DNA of 64,000 nt from an uncultured bacterium. GTDB lineage: Bacteria > Oederibacteriota > PGYV01 > CAWJRG01. Within the stretch, counting starts at the first letter, position 1. Every line of letters begins with the position of its first letter. The stretch spans positions 640,001-704,000 of the forward strand of contig CAWJRG010000005.1 of assembly GCA_963845185.1 (NCBI GenBank). The letters run 5' to 3'. This document shows positions 8,401 to 20,959 of the stretch, piece after piece. Below the pieces are notes generated by a model that was not told the origin of the DNA, ran no database searches, and was given only the letters and a program-made list of their open reading frames with translations. A program made the position numbers and the translations under genes.

Positions 8401-11400
8401 GGCGACTATTGTTCCGTTTATGCCCGAACAAAAACCATTAAGTGAATCCGCAAATGACATTGACTCCAGCGACTGGCCGCTAAAAGTTGCAATTATACTC
8501 CAAGCGCTGCCGTTCCACTGCGCTATCTGGCCGCCGAGCCCGCAAACCAGGGCATTATTCAAAGAAAATGCGTGTATCCCGTAAATATCGCTCACCATTG
8601 GGTTTGCAATGTTATTCCAAATCGCGCCGCCGTTATTCGTGGATAGTATCGTGTGCCCCATGCCAACTGCCCAACCGTTATTTATGTCAAGCATATAAAT
8701 TCTATTGAGCCCGTTTGTAGTGTTGCTTGTCTGAGGAGCCCAGCTCGCGCCGCCGTTTGTAGTATTAATGATGGTCCCGTTGCCGCCGACTGCCCAGCCG
8801 TTGTTTGGGTCTGTAAAATAAATTCCCATTATATTGACTGAATTTGACACGCCGGTTGTCTGTGTATTCCATGTCACTCCGCCATTGGTTGTATAGTAAA
8901 TATTGCCGTTTGAACACGCTACCCAGCCCGTCATATTATTGATAAAATATATTGTAAACGCGCATGACCCCAGCATAATTTGTTGCGTCCAGGAAAGTCC
9001 GGCGTTTGTTGTGTGGTAAATATCGCCGTAAGTGTCGCCCATCCAGCCTTCGTTTGCGCTGACAAAGAAAACAGAAAACAAATCCACGGAAGAAGGCGGG
9101 CTCAGCGCCTGCCACGCCAGCGTACAGGCCGTCATTGTCTGTGTTGGCGTTATTGTGTATGATATTGTCGCTGATACAACTGGCGATATGGTAGATGTTG
9201 TTGTTATTGTCGGGGATTTTGTGCAAGTATATGTCGGTGATGGCGTAAATGTCTGCGTGTTTGTGCCTGTGTTTGACGGCGTGTTTGTCGGCGTCGGAAG
9301 CTGAGGAGAGTACCATAAGTCATTAAGCCTTGTTGTACCGTCGCTTGCTATACCTCCATCAGCCCACATCTGGTTGTTGAATACAATTACACCCGGCCAT
9401 CCGCGGGTACTGAAATTTGCATTGCCTACTTTTGTCCAGTTTGCTCCGTCAGGAGACGACCACACGTCATTGTAGTATACGTTGCTCGGGTTCCAGTCAT
9501 ACCCTGCTATTACCCATACTTTACCTGCATATGTGATGGCCCTGTGCCCCTCTCTTTTTGTATAAGACGTGCCTGTAGCCTGTGTCCATGTCACTCCGTC
9601 AGTTGACCACCAATTGTCACTATATGTATTTGACGCATCCTCGCCGCCAAATACCCACATTTTTGCGCCGCCGCCCGGGTCAAAAACGCAGCCGGCCAGT
9701 CCATCACGCTTGGTCCAATTTGCCGCCGCGGTTGCAGTCACCCAAGTTATTCCGTCAGTCGACCAGAATACGTCATTAAAATATTTATTTCCCGGTGTGT
9801 TATACCCACCCATTATCCACATTTTTCCGTTGTACACCATACACAATGAGCCCTCTCTTGCTGCAAAATTTGCTGCGCCTGTCGCCTTTGCCCAGTTTGC
9901 GCCGTCAGAGGAATACCACACATCGTTCATGTCTTGTGATGCAGTATTGTAACCGGCTATAATCCACATGAAACCGTTGTAATCCAGACACCCGCTATAT
10001 CCTCTGCCGGAAAAAGCTGCAGCGGTGGTCGCGGTCAACCAGTTCGCGCCGTCGTTTGAATAGTGTACGTCGTTTCCATAGCTGCTTTGTAGACCTCCGC
10101 CTATCACCCACAGCTGGCTGTTGTGTACAATGAACCCAAAATCATACCTTGCGGCAAATATGCCTGTAGGCGTCGCCTGGTACCATGTAACTCCTGCGCC
10201 GGACAGCGCTGTCGGTGTAGACTGCGGTGTATTTGTCTGAGTGACGCTATAGGTTGGCGTTATACTGGGTGTAATTGTCTGCGTTCCGGTTGTGGTTACG
10301 GTAAAAGTTGGCGAATTCGTGGCTGTACGTGAAGGTGTAAATGTTTTTGTATTTGTCCCTGTATTTGTCGGCGTATTAGTCGGAGTGGGCAGCTGCGGCG
10401 AGTACCATACGTCGTTATTGTAAGTGTTATTTTTTATTCCCCCTGCTATCCATAACTGGTTATTGTAATTATATCCGCCAGGATAACAGCGTGTTGTGAA
10501 TGATGCGTTGCCAACGTTTGTCCAGTTTGCTCCGTCAGAAGACGACCATACGTCGTTTAATGTTGATGCCCCATTGGGTGAGCCTGCTATAAGCCAGACT
10601 TTGCCGCCGTACACAAGGGCCTTGGCACCGTACCTTGTGGTAAAAGCAGTTCCTGTGGCTTGGGTCGATGTCAGCCCGTCAGTCGACCACCATGAGTTGT
10701 TTATTGTTGAGTTGCTGCTTATTGCACCTCCAAATATCCACATTTTCGGCCCGCTGCCAGGGTCAAAAACGCAGCTGCTCATGGAGTCCCGCGCAGTAAA
10801 AGCAGCGGTACCTGTTACCTGCGTCCACGTTATGCCGTCTGTAGAATTCCACACATCATTCATGTCAACTGTATTTGAGAGCCCGCCTATTATCCACATA
10901 CTGTTATTAAACGCAATCATCGCAGGGTCCTCGCGCACTGAAAACTGCGCGGTTCCTGTCACCTGCGTCCATGTAATACCGTCGGAAGAACTCCATACAT
11001 CGTTCATCTCAGCGCCATTGTTGCCGGCTGCCACCCACATTTTATTGTTAAATACGCAATAGCCCATGCTTCTCCTGGCAGAAAATCCGGCAGCCACGGT
11101 AGCCTGCGTCCAATTGATGCCGTCGGAAGAATAATATACATCATTAACTAGCTGGGTCTTGGTGATACCGCCTATAACCCACATAAAATTGTTATAAGTT
11201 ACGTTTGCAAAATCATATCTGCCGGAAAAAAGAGCTCCCGAGGTTGCCTGAAACCAGTTCACGCCAGCTCCAGGCAGCGCAGTCGGCTGCGGTGTATTTG
11301 TCTGCGTGACCGTAAATGTCGGCGTTGCCGATGGAGCGGAAAACAATATTGAAGGAATAAATATACTTGCGAGGATTAATAACGAAATTTTTTTGAGGAA

Positions 11401-11469
11401 TGTTCCCCTGAAGTATTGAATGCTCTTGGAAAAAAATACGCATTTTGTTTTAATCTTTGATTTTCTCAA
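5407..11469 (-). CDS. Giant secreted protein (2020 aa): two kelch-like propellers, YCF48/BNR-like propeller, two repeated beta-sandwich modules, ~500-aa Thr-rich stalk, FlgD/T9SS-like CTD
   Basis: Repeats 'F.AR...MWVIGG...NDVWSS.DG..W'; 'GWAVG.NGTI..TTNGG.SW'; duplicated 'IG.SGGNS.NTLMAT.F'; CTD nearly identical to that of 1749..3752. Confidence 0.9.
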   Translation of the reverse strand: MRKSKIKTKCVFFSKSIQYFRGTFLKKISLLILASIFIPSILFSAPSATPTFTVTQTNTPQPTALPGAGVNWFQATSGALFSGRYDFANVTYNNFMWVIGGITKTQLVNDVYYSSDGINWTQATVAAGFSARRSMGYCVFNNKMWVAAGNNGAEMNDVWSSSDGITWTQVTGTAQFSVREDPAMIAFNNSMWIIGGLSNTVDMNDVWNSTDGITWTQVTGTAAFTARDSMSSCVFDPGSGPKMWIFGGAISSNSTINNSWWSTDGLTSTQATGTAFTTRYGAKALVYGGKVWLIAGSPNGASTLNDVWSSSDGANWTNVGNASFTTRCYPGGYNYNNQLWIAGGIKNNTYNNDVWYSPQLPTPTNTPTNTGTNTKTFTPSRTATNSPTFTVTTTGTQTITPSITPTYSVTQTNTPQSTPTALSGAGVTWYQATPTGIFAARYDFGFIVHNSQLWVIGGGLQSSYGNDVHYSNDGANWLTATTAAAFSGRGYSGCLDYNGFMWIIAGYNTASQDMNDVWYSSDGANWAKATGAANFAAREGSLCMVYNGKMWIMGGYNTPGNKYFNDVFWSTDGITWVTATAAANWTKRDGLAGCVFDPGGGAKMWVFGGEDASNTYSDNWWSTDGVTWTQATGTSYTKREGHRAITYAGKVWVIAGYDWNPSNVYYNDVWSSPDGANWTKVGNANFSTRGWPGVIVFNNQMWADGGIASDGTTRLNDLWYSPQLPTPTNTPSNTGTNTQTFTPSPTYTCTKSPTITTTSTISPVVSATISYTITPTQTMTACTLAWQALSPPSSVDLFSVFFVSANEGWMGDTYGDIYHTTNAGLSWTQQIMLGSCAFTIYFINNMTGWVACSNGNIYYTTNGGVTWNTQTTGVSNSVNIMGIYFTDPNNGWAVGGNGTIINTTNGGASWAPQTSNTTNGLNRIYMLDINNGWAVGMGHTILSTNNGGAIWNNIANPMVSDIYGIHAFSLNNALVCGLGGQIAQWNGSAWSIIATFSGQSLESMSFADSLNGFCSGINGTIVATNNGGTSWNQQASGTTNELLGISAYSTLAWACGRGPTALIFTCAGTVPSATISNTITITPTATLTSIITLTVTGTPTFTSTVCNSYLGLNAIGSSGGNSANTLMATKFLMSDGGTGIQVAAYNKGTASNIMIGIYSDNLGTPGNLIIATAKQAIGANSWGIYPISMTNLPQGTYWLAYLADSGSQIATNNSGSDLAYVNMNFGSTGSMPATFPNSPTTNTGEYSVYVLYCPSGLPTPTPPCTYAHFGDDSIGPSGGNSSNTLMATQFTLAQDGRGYTMSINNLGSGSSGVILGIYADNAGVPGALLASTGKQTCGPGWNTYNIPVTCLPAGTYWLAYLGDNGVQFASANSGENIAFKNTNYSSVNDIPDPFPSASSNSGEYEIYVGYCPGSCAFATTTSTPTSTYTQTLTYTSTPTMTPTNTQTGTPSATQTGTPTNIPTGTPTKTSTWTPTLTYTLTLTSTYTLTSTPTWTLTNTRTGTPTNTSTWTPTLTYTLTLTSTYTLTSTPTWTPTNTPTSTMTNTSSRTPTNTPTWTPTNTSTWTLTYTNTLTLSSTYTLTATSTWTPTNTPTGTPTNTKTWTPTNTGTSTMTSTFSSTPTSSPTPSITQTFTQIVFTWTITPTFTLTPTNTATSTNTPTWTPTNTPTWTPTNTLTWTPTNTLTWTTTNTPTWTPTNTATWTPTNTPTWTDTKTNTMTNTPTNTPTWTGTNTDTATNTPTWTGTNTDTATNTPTWTGTYTDTMTNTPTWTGTNTNSPTNTPTWTGTNTDTPTNTPTWTGTCTVTASGTPTSSYTNTPTFTASSTITETNTLTCTGTSTNTETPSNTVTSSFTNTPTFTISSTGTATDTETPTVTYSVTGTETATFTATNTQTNTLTITETGTISPTPSITPTYTVSPIPTNTPEPNSNMTLSKNYLNPNKGETLLINVKAAANVNVKVKVYNLTGEIIRRNMDFTTTADGWNQVEWDIKNDDGKIVGQGLYFVYIEAGTDKKLLKVYIVK

Positions 11470-11537
11470 ACCCTTTTCCCACCTTTTTTGCGTTAATAAA
11501 ACGCGTACTTTATAATGTAAGTGAAGATACCTATTAA

Positions 11538-11566
11538 ATTATACACTCTACCTAAATAATAGTCAA
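11538..11566 (-). promoter_or_regulatory. Putative sigma70 promoter for 5407..11469
   Basis: Minus strand TTGACT-17 bp-TATAAT. Confidence 0.7.
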
Positions 11567-11756
11567 GATAAATTACAAAATACATAACAATATTAATTCT
11601 TTATTTATAAGGGTAAAATAGAATTTGAAGGATGAAATTTTGGTGGATTCAGAGTCAATTAAACTGTTTTAGGGTTCGTCTTTGGCTAAATACGATTGAA
11701 AGTGTCAGTGGAGTGCTTTGCAATCTATAGAGAGCTGTAATATTTTTTTTAGGATA

Positions 11757-11795
11757 ATAAAAAAGGACGGATATAAAAATCCGCCCTTTTTTATT
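11757..11795 (-). terminator. Intrinsic terminator
   Basis: AAAAGGACGGAT-ATAAAA-ATCCGCCCTTTT with A/T tracts on both sides, just after the stop at 11809. Confidence 0.7.
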
Positions 11796-11808
11796 ATTAT
11801 TTAATCTT

Positions 11809-14800
11809 TTACTTTATTACAGCGATTTTTTTCCTCACTATCCTGTCATTTGCCTGGATTACAAGAAAATATATTCCATTTGACACTTCTATTCCCTCAT
11901 CATTCTGTAGATCCCATTTGACATAATTAACGCCGCTGTAAACTAATGCTGAATTTAAACTCCTGCTCCACACCATACGGTCGTTTATATCATATATCCT
12001 GATACTTACATCCACAGGCTCATATAAGGAGAATCTTATGGTTGTCGGGCCGCTGCATGGATTTGGAAAATTATAGGTGTTGCTTTCGGACATCTCTTCA
12101 GGCAATGGCGTCTCCTGCTTTGAAATTTCAGCCATAGTCATGCTGCCTCCGGATGTGCCTGTTGGAGTCGTGGTAGGCGTGTATTTTGGAGTATTTGTAC
12201 GTGTAGGTGTTGGTGTCCATGTCCTTGTCCAATTTAGCGTCGGAGTATTTGTACGAGTTATTGGTGTTGCTGTTCTTGTCCAGTTCGGTGTGGGCGTATT
12301 TGTTAGCGTTATTATCGATGTCCTTGTCCTTGTCAGTGTTACGGTCGCCGAGCGCGTTATTCCCGGTGTTGCCGTCCTTGTCCGGTTAGGCGTTGGCGTA
12401 TTTGTTAGTGTTATCACAGTCGTCCTTGTCCTTGTTAATGTAACAGTCGCCGAGCGTGTTATTCCTGGTGTTGCCGTCCTTGTCCAGTCAGGTGTAGGTG
12501 TATTTGTCTTCGTTATTGTTATCGTCCATGACGGTGTCGGTGTAATGGTCTGCGTAGTTGTGCGCGATATTGTTGGTGTGCTTGTCGGCGTCCATGTTGG
12601 TGATGTAGTTGACGTATTTGTCGGAGATGGCGTTGGCGATGTAGTCGGTGTACCAGTAGGAGATGCTGTCGGTGTATTTGTTAATGTCCATGTAGATGTA
12701 TTTGTAATTGATATTGTATTTGTTGGAGTCGCTGTCAGTGTCCAGGTAGGCGTACCCGTCATTGTTACCGAATATGTGTATGTATATGTCGGCGATGGCG
12801 ATGATGTACTTGTGCAAGCGCAGGTATTTGTAGGCGTTGATGTCAATGTCCATGTTGGTGATGGAGTCGGCGTGCCCGTAGGAGATGCTGTCGGTGTATT
12901 TGTTAATGTCCATGTAGAAGTATTTGTAATCGATATCGTATAGGTTTGAGTCGCTGTCGGCGTCCATGTAGATGTTATAGTTGGTGTATTTGTTAGTGTA
13001 CTCGTCGAAGTGTCGGTCACACTCCAGGTTGATGTTGCTGTGTATGTGGAAGTTGTGGTTAACGTTGCTGTATACGTCAACGTTAATGTGCTTGTGAATG
13101 TTGGAGAATTCGTCACTGTATCTGTCGGTGTTGATGTCAACGTCCATGTCAATGTCACTGTATACGTCGGCGTTTCGCTGTTTGTCTCTGTATCAGTTAG
13201 TGTATTGGTCGTTGTAACTGTATATGTCGGCGTCTCTGAGTTTGTCTCCGTATAAGTTGGCGTATATGTCGGTGTCTCTGTGTATGTAGGCGTTTCACTT
13301 GTTGTCAGTGTTCCTGTCGGTGTCGCTGTATATGTCGGTGTTATCGTAGAAGTCATAGTGCAAGTCGGAAGCATTGAACTGCTTATTGTAAACATAAAAG
13401 CATCGTATCCACCTTGCCCAAACGAATTTGTCTGGCCAGTCACGACAAAATTATTGTTGGCTGTCTTTATAATAGAATACGCTATTTCGTTGTTATTTCC
13501 TCCTGTTTTTTCACTCCATATTATCCCAGTGCTGTTAAGATAAACTACATAAATATCCTGCTGTTTCGAGTCAAACAGGTTCTCATATCCGGTAACCATG
13601 TATGTTCCCGGAGTATTTTCCACAATAGAATAACCCACGCTTTCGCCAGTCCCGCTGATTACCTGTTGCCATTGCTCATTGCCCTGGCTGTCGATTTTCA
13701 CCACAAACATATTTTTATATCCGGTACTTGTCAATTGTGTATATCCAGTTATTATATAACCGTTATCTGATGTTGCGGCTATCGAATATCCTTCATCGTT
13801 ATATATACCGCCGTATTCTTTTGTCCATTGTATGCTGCCTGTAGAATTTAATTTTACAACATATATATCGTTGCCTCCGCTGCCGAATGAATTGGTAGTG
13901 CCTGCAACTGCGAATCCTCCGTCACTTGATTGTGCAATAGAATATCCAATGTCATCGCCTGTACCGCCGCTGGTCCTGTCCCAAACAAAATTGCCGTTGC
14001 TGTCCACTTTCATTACATACAGGTCCTTGCCTCCTGCGCCATAGGATGTCGTGTATCCAGCCATGACAATTCCGTTATCTGAAGTTTTTAATGCACTCAT
14101 GGCGACATCATCCCCTGCGCCTCCATAAGTCTTTGTCCACACACAATCTCCCAAGCTGTCTGTTTTTATTAAATATATATCCTTGCCTCCTGCGCCAAAT
14201 GAACTTGTATAACCAGAGACCAGTAACCCGTTATCGCTCGTTTTAACAACCGCATGTCCTTCATCGTTTCCTGTTCCGCCAAAATTCTTCTGCCATTGAA
14301 CCGTATTATCATCCCCGATTTTCGCGAGATACACATCTTCTCCGCCATTAGTATTGCTTGTGGTTCCGCCCGTAATAACGAAGCTGCCGGTTTCTGTAAT
14401 AGAATATGCGCTTTCATCTCCGCTCCCGCCGCTTGTGACCATGCCCGAAGTATCTGTGGCCGTGAATGTAGGCGTTACGGTTGATGTAAGAGTATTTGTC
14501 GGCGTCCATGTAGACGATGTAGTCGGGGTATTTGTTGCTGTCCACGTCGGTGTTGCTGTAAATGTCGGCGTTACAGTAAGCGTACCAGACGGCGTGATTG
14601 TCTGTGTTAATTTAACCGCACAATTGTCATTATATCTCAATACAGTTCCACTATAATTGCCAAACAGGATCCTGCTCTGGCTATCTATCATCGCAGTCAT
14701 TCCGCCATCATTATTCTCAGCAATAATAAAGCCATCATTAAAAGTGGTGTCTACGGTCCCGTCATTATTATATCTCCACAAAACGCTGTGATTGCTTCCA

Positions 14801-17800
14801 TTCGTCACATAGCTCTGTCCACCCACAAGTATTTTTCCCGAATTATCAATAATTAAATTATTTGCTGAATCATATGCATTTGCCCCTGCCGTATTGTCAC
14901 GGATTACATATCCTGTTCCATTTAAACTATAATCCCGGCTTCCATCTGAATTATATCTCCAAACAGCCATTTCTTCCTGGCCTGAAGAATTATTACTCGA
15001 TCCGGCAACAACAATTTTTCCATTTTGGTCAATCGTAATACTATCGCCTTCGTCATCATTTCCACCAGCAGTCCCGGCGCAAACAATATATCCGGTTCCG
15101 CCAAAACTTGTATCAGCGCTGCCATTGGAATTATATCTCCATATCATCATATTATTGCCACCACTACTATTCGTAATATTGCCGGTTGTCAGCATTCTCT
15201 GATTCCCATCAATGACAATACTCCTGCCTTGAGCAATGTAATTCCCTATATGCTGCCCCACATATCCAGTACCGTTAAAACTCGTATCTAGAGTTCCATC
15301 CGTATTAAGCCTCCATATCGTCATGTTATACGCATTGTCATTTCCGGTTATTAATATCTTCCCGCTGCTATCAAAAATCATTCCCATACCAAAGCAGTCT
15401 GTAGTGGGCTTTGTGTAAACTTCATATCCAGTGCCATTGAATGTTGTATCAAGGGTACCGTCATTATTATACCTCCAGACAGCCATCCCCCAGGGACTTC
15501 CTAAAATATTAAATCCTGCAACCCATATTTTTCCGTTCGAGTCGACAGCAACGCTCCATCCACTGGCAAAAATTGCCCCAGGTACATAATACGTTGCATA
15601 ACCAGTACCGTTAAAACCCGTATCTATCGAACCATCCGTATTAAATCTCCATAATGCCATATAATAATTTGATCCTTGTACAACCATTTCTCCGGTTAGC
15701 AGTATTTTTCCTGATTTGTCTACAGTCATACCCCGGGGTTCTGAAGTATTCGGGATAACAAAAACCGTTTGCCCATTTACTCCAAACGTAGTATCAAGGG
15801 CTATGCATTGCGTTTGTGTGTTAGTGTATGTCGGCGTTGCAGTCTGCGTTATAGTCGAAGTCGGAATTGTCGGCGTCAATGTTGGCGTTACGGTTGATGT
15901 AAGAGTATTTATCGGTGTTGCTGTACTGGATACTGTGCTTGTCGCAGTGAGTGAAGTGGTTGGAGTTGCCTTGTATGTCGGTGTATTTTGTGCATTGACA
16001 ATTTCACAATTGTCTATATATCTCCAAAGTGCCATATCATTGGAAGTGGTTCCCGTAATTAATATTTTCCCATTTCTATCTGTTGTTATGCCATAACCTG
16101 TGTTGTCACCATTCCATATATACCCCATTCCAGAATTAAAATTCAGATCAAGCGTCCCGTTTTGATTAATTCTCCACAAAGCCATCGCATTGATACTGCA
16201 TCCTAAAATACTTCCTGTAACATATATTTTTCCATTATTATCCAATAAAATGCCATACCCTCTTTCCTGACAGGTTTCTCCGGTCTTTTCGAATACAAAG
16301 TATCCTATCCCATTAAAATTTGTATCCAGTGTTCCATCTGGATTATACCGCCAAACAACCATATCGTAATTTGGAGGATTGAATGGCGGACTCGAATTAC
16401 TATCGCTACACCCAGTGATATAAATTTTTCCATTATTGTCGATTATTACTGCCTCGCCAAAATCGTGCCTGAAACCGCCAGCCGCGCCATCATGAGTTAC
16501 CCAACCTTGTCCGTTAAAAGTTGTATCCAGCGAACCGTCGGGGTTATACCGCCAGATTGCCATATCATAATTTGTCGAAATTTTACAACTATAACCGGAA
16601 ACAACTATCTTGTTGTTATTATCTATAGTTACGTTAGTGCCTATAGAACTTGCAGCACCACTATATGTTACCCAACCTTGTCCGTTAAAAGTTGTATCTA
16701 GCGAACCATCGGGGTTATACCGCCATACTGCCATAGTAATATTACTATTGTTTGCATGCTGTCCAGCTATTACTATTTTGTTATTTGAGTCTATTGCAAT
16801 TCCCGCTCCATTATCATACCCATACCCGCTGGTAGGTGCGAAAGTTGCTGAACCGGTTCCGTTAAAACTAATATCCGGTGTTCCATCGGGATTATATCTT
16901 GCCACAATCATGTTCGAATTTGTTGTAACCCCTGTAGTTAATATCTTTCCATTTCCGTCAATTTTAATTGCGTTAAACCTCACAACTCCCCCATTCGAAA
17001 CATACCCTCCGTTAAAAGTATTATCTATCATCCCATTATCAAGAATATCTCATTAATACTCCGGTTGAATTCCCGTACTGATCGTATCCACCATAACCGG
17101 CAATGATTATTTTCCCTTGATTGTCAACAGCCAATGCGTAACTAGCATCCGGATAATTGTTATTTCCGCTGAAGTTATATGTTGCAAGGCCACATCCATT
17201 GAAAGACGTATCAAGTGATATGCAAGCCGTGACTGATACAACAGGGGTAGATGTGAACGAAGCCATAAAAATCAAAGTAGGTGTTCCTGTATTCGTACAT
17301 GTCTGCGATGTTGTACCAGTCAGTATACTAGTTGGCGTCCACGTAGGCGTCGGCGTTTCGCTTGTTGTCAATGTATCTGTTGAACTTTCCGTTGGTGTCA
17401 ATGTTAGGGTGTCTGTTGGTGAATCAGTTGCAGTAGTTGTCGGCGAGTCGGTTGGCGTGTCTGTAGATGTTTCAGTTGCTGACGGTGAGTCGGTCGGCGT
17501 ATCTGTAGGCGTTCCGGTTAATGTCGGTGTGCCTGTGAACGTTTGCGTTACTGATATCACAACTGCCATTGTAGAAGTTACCGTCGGCGAGAGCAACGTC
17601 TCCGGTGGCGAAAACCAAACGTCGTTATATTCTGTATCATCGTCGAAACCGCCTATTACCCACATGCTGTTGTTATAAACAAGGCTTGTATGGCCCATCC
17701 TAGCTGGAAATTCCGCGGATGCGGTTTCCTGCTGCCATACAGCACCGTCAATCGACGACCATACATCATTAAAAAATTCGTTATAAGTATATCCTGCTAT

Positions 17801-20800
17801 CATCCACATCTTACCGTCAAACGTTAAAAGTGTATTCGCAAATCTTGTATTATAATGCGGGTTACAACTACCGGCACATGTCCAGTGTAACCCGTCTGTC
17901 GACCACCCGGCAAATTTAGTACCAACATATCCATTCATAGTTCCATTTGCGACCCACATTTCATCATTAAATACAGTACATGAAACATCCATTATAGGGC
18001 CAGTCGGCGCTGATGAATCAATTTCTATCCAATTTGTTCCGTCAAAGGACCAAACATCTTCCAAATCACCTGTCGGTCCATGTCCGCATATGACCCATAT
18101 TTTGTTGTCATAAACAAGGCTCGCTTGTGAATCCCTTGCTGAAAAATTGTCAGGCGGCGATTGTTGCTGCGTCCAGTTATAACCGTCCGGAGACGACCAT
18201 ATTTCTTTATTGTCGTTGTGGGAAGCATCTTCACCTCCTATGACCCAAATTTTTCCATTAAATACTACAGCAGTATGATATGCTCTGGCGGAAAATGCGG
18301 CAGATGCCGTTTCCTGCGTCCAGTTCATACCATCAACAGATGAATAAGTGTCGTTTAGTACCTCTGTACCGTCAAATCCTCCAATTACCCACATCGCCCC
18401 GTTAAACACCACGCCCGCATGCCCTTCCCTGCCTGAAAAAGCAGCGCTATTCGTAGCTTCCTGCCAATGTATGCCTGTCCCTGCAGGTAGTGACGTGCAT
18501 GTAATCGTAGGTGTTACTGTAATTGTAATTGTCGGTGTTTCGGTTGTTGTCATTGAGTAAGTAAACGTTCCGGTTATTGTCGGTGAATCTGTCAGTGTTG
18601 CCGTATATGTCGGCGTAGGGGTAAACGCTCCAATAACAATATCGTTCAGGTACCAGCCCCTGTAATCATTGTCCACATCATCAACAGTATCAAATACAAA
18701 TTCGAAATTTACCGTATCGCCCGCATACGCCGACATGTCAATTATTATATTTTCCCAGGCATCCTCAGTACCGCCCAGTTCCATTATCTGTGACCAGCTA
18801 TTGCCATTTATAGATATATAAAGTTTTCTGGTGTCATAATCAAAAGGCGGCTGTACACCCGACCCGTTTTCAGTCTCTGCCCAGCTCCAGAACGAAAGCT
18901 GCTGCCCCGGGCTGATATAGAAAGACTGAGTAATGAGTGCTCCGCTGTTTGCCATATCTCCGGTATCATAATTTAGCGTGGCGTCCTGGCCGTAATACCA
19001 CGTATTCGGGTAAATAGCTGTATACCCTGACGGTTCCTGACTATCCGGAACCTGATGCCATAATCCCGTAGCTGTTTCAGTATTCGGCGTAATTGTGGAT
19101 GTTAAGGTACATGTGGACGTTATGGTACATGTAGGCGTTACGGTATATGTAGGCGTTATAGTATATGGCGGTGTCATTGTCGCCGTCGGCATTATCCCGA
19201 CAACAATATCATCCAGATACCAGCCTTGATAATCATTGTCTAAACCATCAACCGTATCGAATACGAATTTGAAGTTTACTGTATCGCCTGCATACGCCGA
19301 CAGGTCCATATTTATGTTTTCCCATGCATCCTCAATCCCGCCCAGTTCCATTATCTGTGTCCAGGTGTTGCCGTTGTCTGTTGATATATAAAGTTTCCTG
19401 GTGTCATAATCAAAAGGTGGCTGTACTCCTGATCCGTTTTCCGTCTGTGCCCAGCTCCAGAATGAAAGCTGCTGCCCCGGCTGGATATAAAAAGCCTGAG
19501 TAACGAGCGCTCCGCTGTTTGCCGTATCGCCGGTATCATAATTAAGCGTTGCGTCCTGGCCGTAATACCACGCGTCCGGATCGGTAGCTGTATATCCTGA
19601 CGGTGCCTGGTTGTCCGGAACCTGGTGCCATAACCCCGTCGCTGTTGCAGTATTCGGTGTGGTTGTGGGTGTTGCGGTGATTGAACTTGTTACGGTGCGT
19701 GTTGGTGTTATGGTATATGTAGTTGTAATCGTCGATGTATTTGTCAAAGTTGAAGTATTCGTCATTGTCGCCGATATGGTCGATACTACCATACTATATA
19801 TATGCAAAGCCCCGTCGTTGCCGTTAACCACCATAAAGTTGTCAACCGATATAGGCCCGGTTATATTTGCCCCTATATTTATTGTGCCGGCAAGCGACTT
19901 TGTTGTCCTGTCAAATATGTTTATACCGCCGTTTGCTATGGGGACTATTACGCTTGAACCTGTCAATATTGCGCCGCCGTACGAAACCTGCGGTATGCTC
20001 ACAGGCGATGCTATCGGCATCAACTGTGCGTTTATCAGGTTTATTTTGCCTGTTGTAGCGCCAAAATCCTGCGACGTAATTCTCATCACATTGGCAGTGG
20101 AATTATACGCGGGAGGCGCGAAAACCTCGCCCGGCAGCGTAGTGCTTCCGGTTTGTGTGCCGTTTGTATTATTGTTCCATATGTTCCCGCTGAGCCCCGA
20201 TACCACAAAAGAAGACGTGCCGGTAAAAACCGGGTTTGTGGATATTGGCGATGAGAGCAGTTGTGAATTTACCGTGGTGCAGGCTGTATTGATTATGTAC
20301 TCATATCCTGTTGACGACACAAACACTATATTGTCGCCGAGCGCGGGCGAGTTTGAAATATAGTCGTTTAAGCTCATGCTTACGATGTTGCTTATTGCGC
20401 CGCTTGAGTTTAGTTGTATTGAAAAAACGCTGCCGTTATTATCGGAAAAAACGACCGAGTTAACCGAACCATTTGTTATGTATAAAGGCGAGGCAGACAC
20501 TCCCCCAGAAGCCTGCTGTTTCCACGCAAGGGATAAATCCGCCGCGTTTAAGGCGTACATGTATCCGTCAAGCGAGCCGAAGTATACAAAATTGTTGTAT
20601 ATTAAGGGCGTGCAGACTATTGGCCCGCCCGTCTGATAAATATTGGAAACGCTTGCGCCGTTGCTTCCAATGGTTACTTCGACTATCTTTCCATCGCCTG
20701 TTCCGGCATATATTGTGTTGCCTGACTTTATTGGCTGGGACAGGTTCACGCCCGGCGTGGCTATGGGAACAACGGCAAAAGGCAAAGGCACACTTAGCGC

Positions 20801-20926
20801 CGACGCGCCTGTATAATAGCCGCTCCTCCCCTGGTCTCCCCTGTAGGTTGTCCAGTCAGCTCTGAGCGCCGCAGGCAGAAGCAATATCCCGCATGCCAAA
20901 ACCTTTAATAATGTCGCTTTTTTCAT
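11809..20926 (-). CDS. Giant secreted protein (~3038 aa), split by a +1 frameshift at ~17044: PQQ/BamB-like propeller, two duplicated jelly-roll (MAM/InhA-like) domains, kelch-like propeller, delta-60 repeats, 'WQKxYGG' repeat propeller, Thr-rich stalk, T9SS/FlgD-like CTD
   Basis: ORF 17039..20926 ends within a delta-60 repeat (GVLMRYS*) and 11809..17031 resumes it (MIDNTFNGG). Deleting one A at 17044-17045 gives LMRYLDNGMIDNTFNGG. N-terminal signal plus 'DWTTYRGDQGRSG'; CTD 'YNFPNP..IRIYD..WDLQNDEGIEVSNGIYF..KIAVIK'. Confidence 0.85.
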
Positions 20927-20959
20927 TTTATGCTCTTTTTAATATATTGAATTCTTTAT

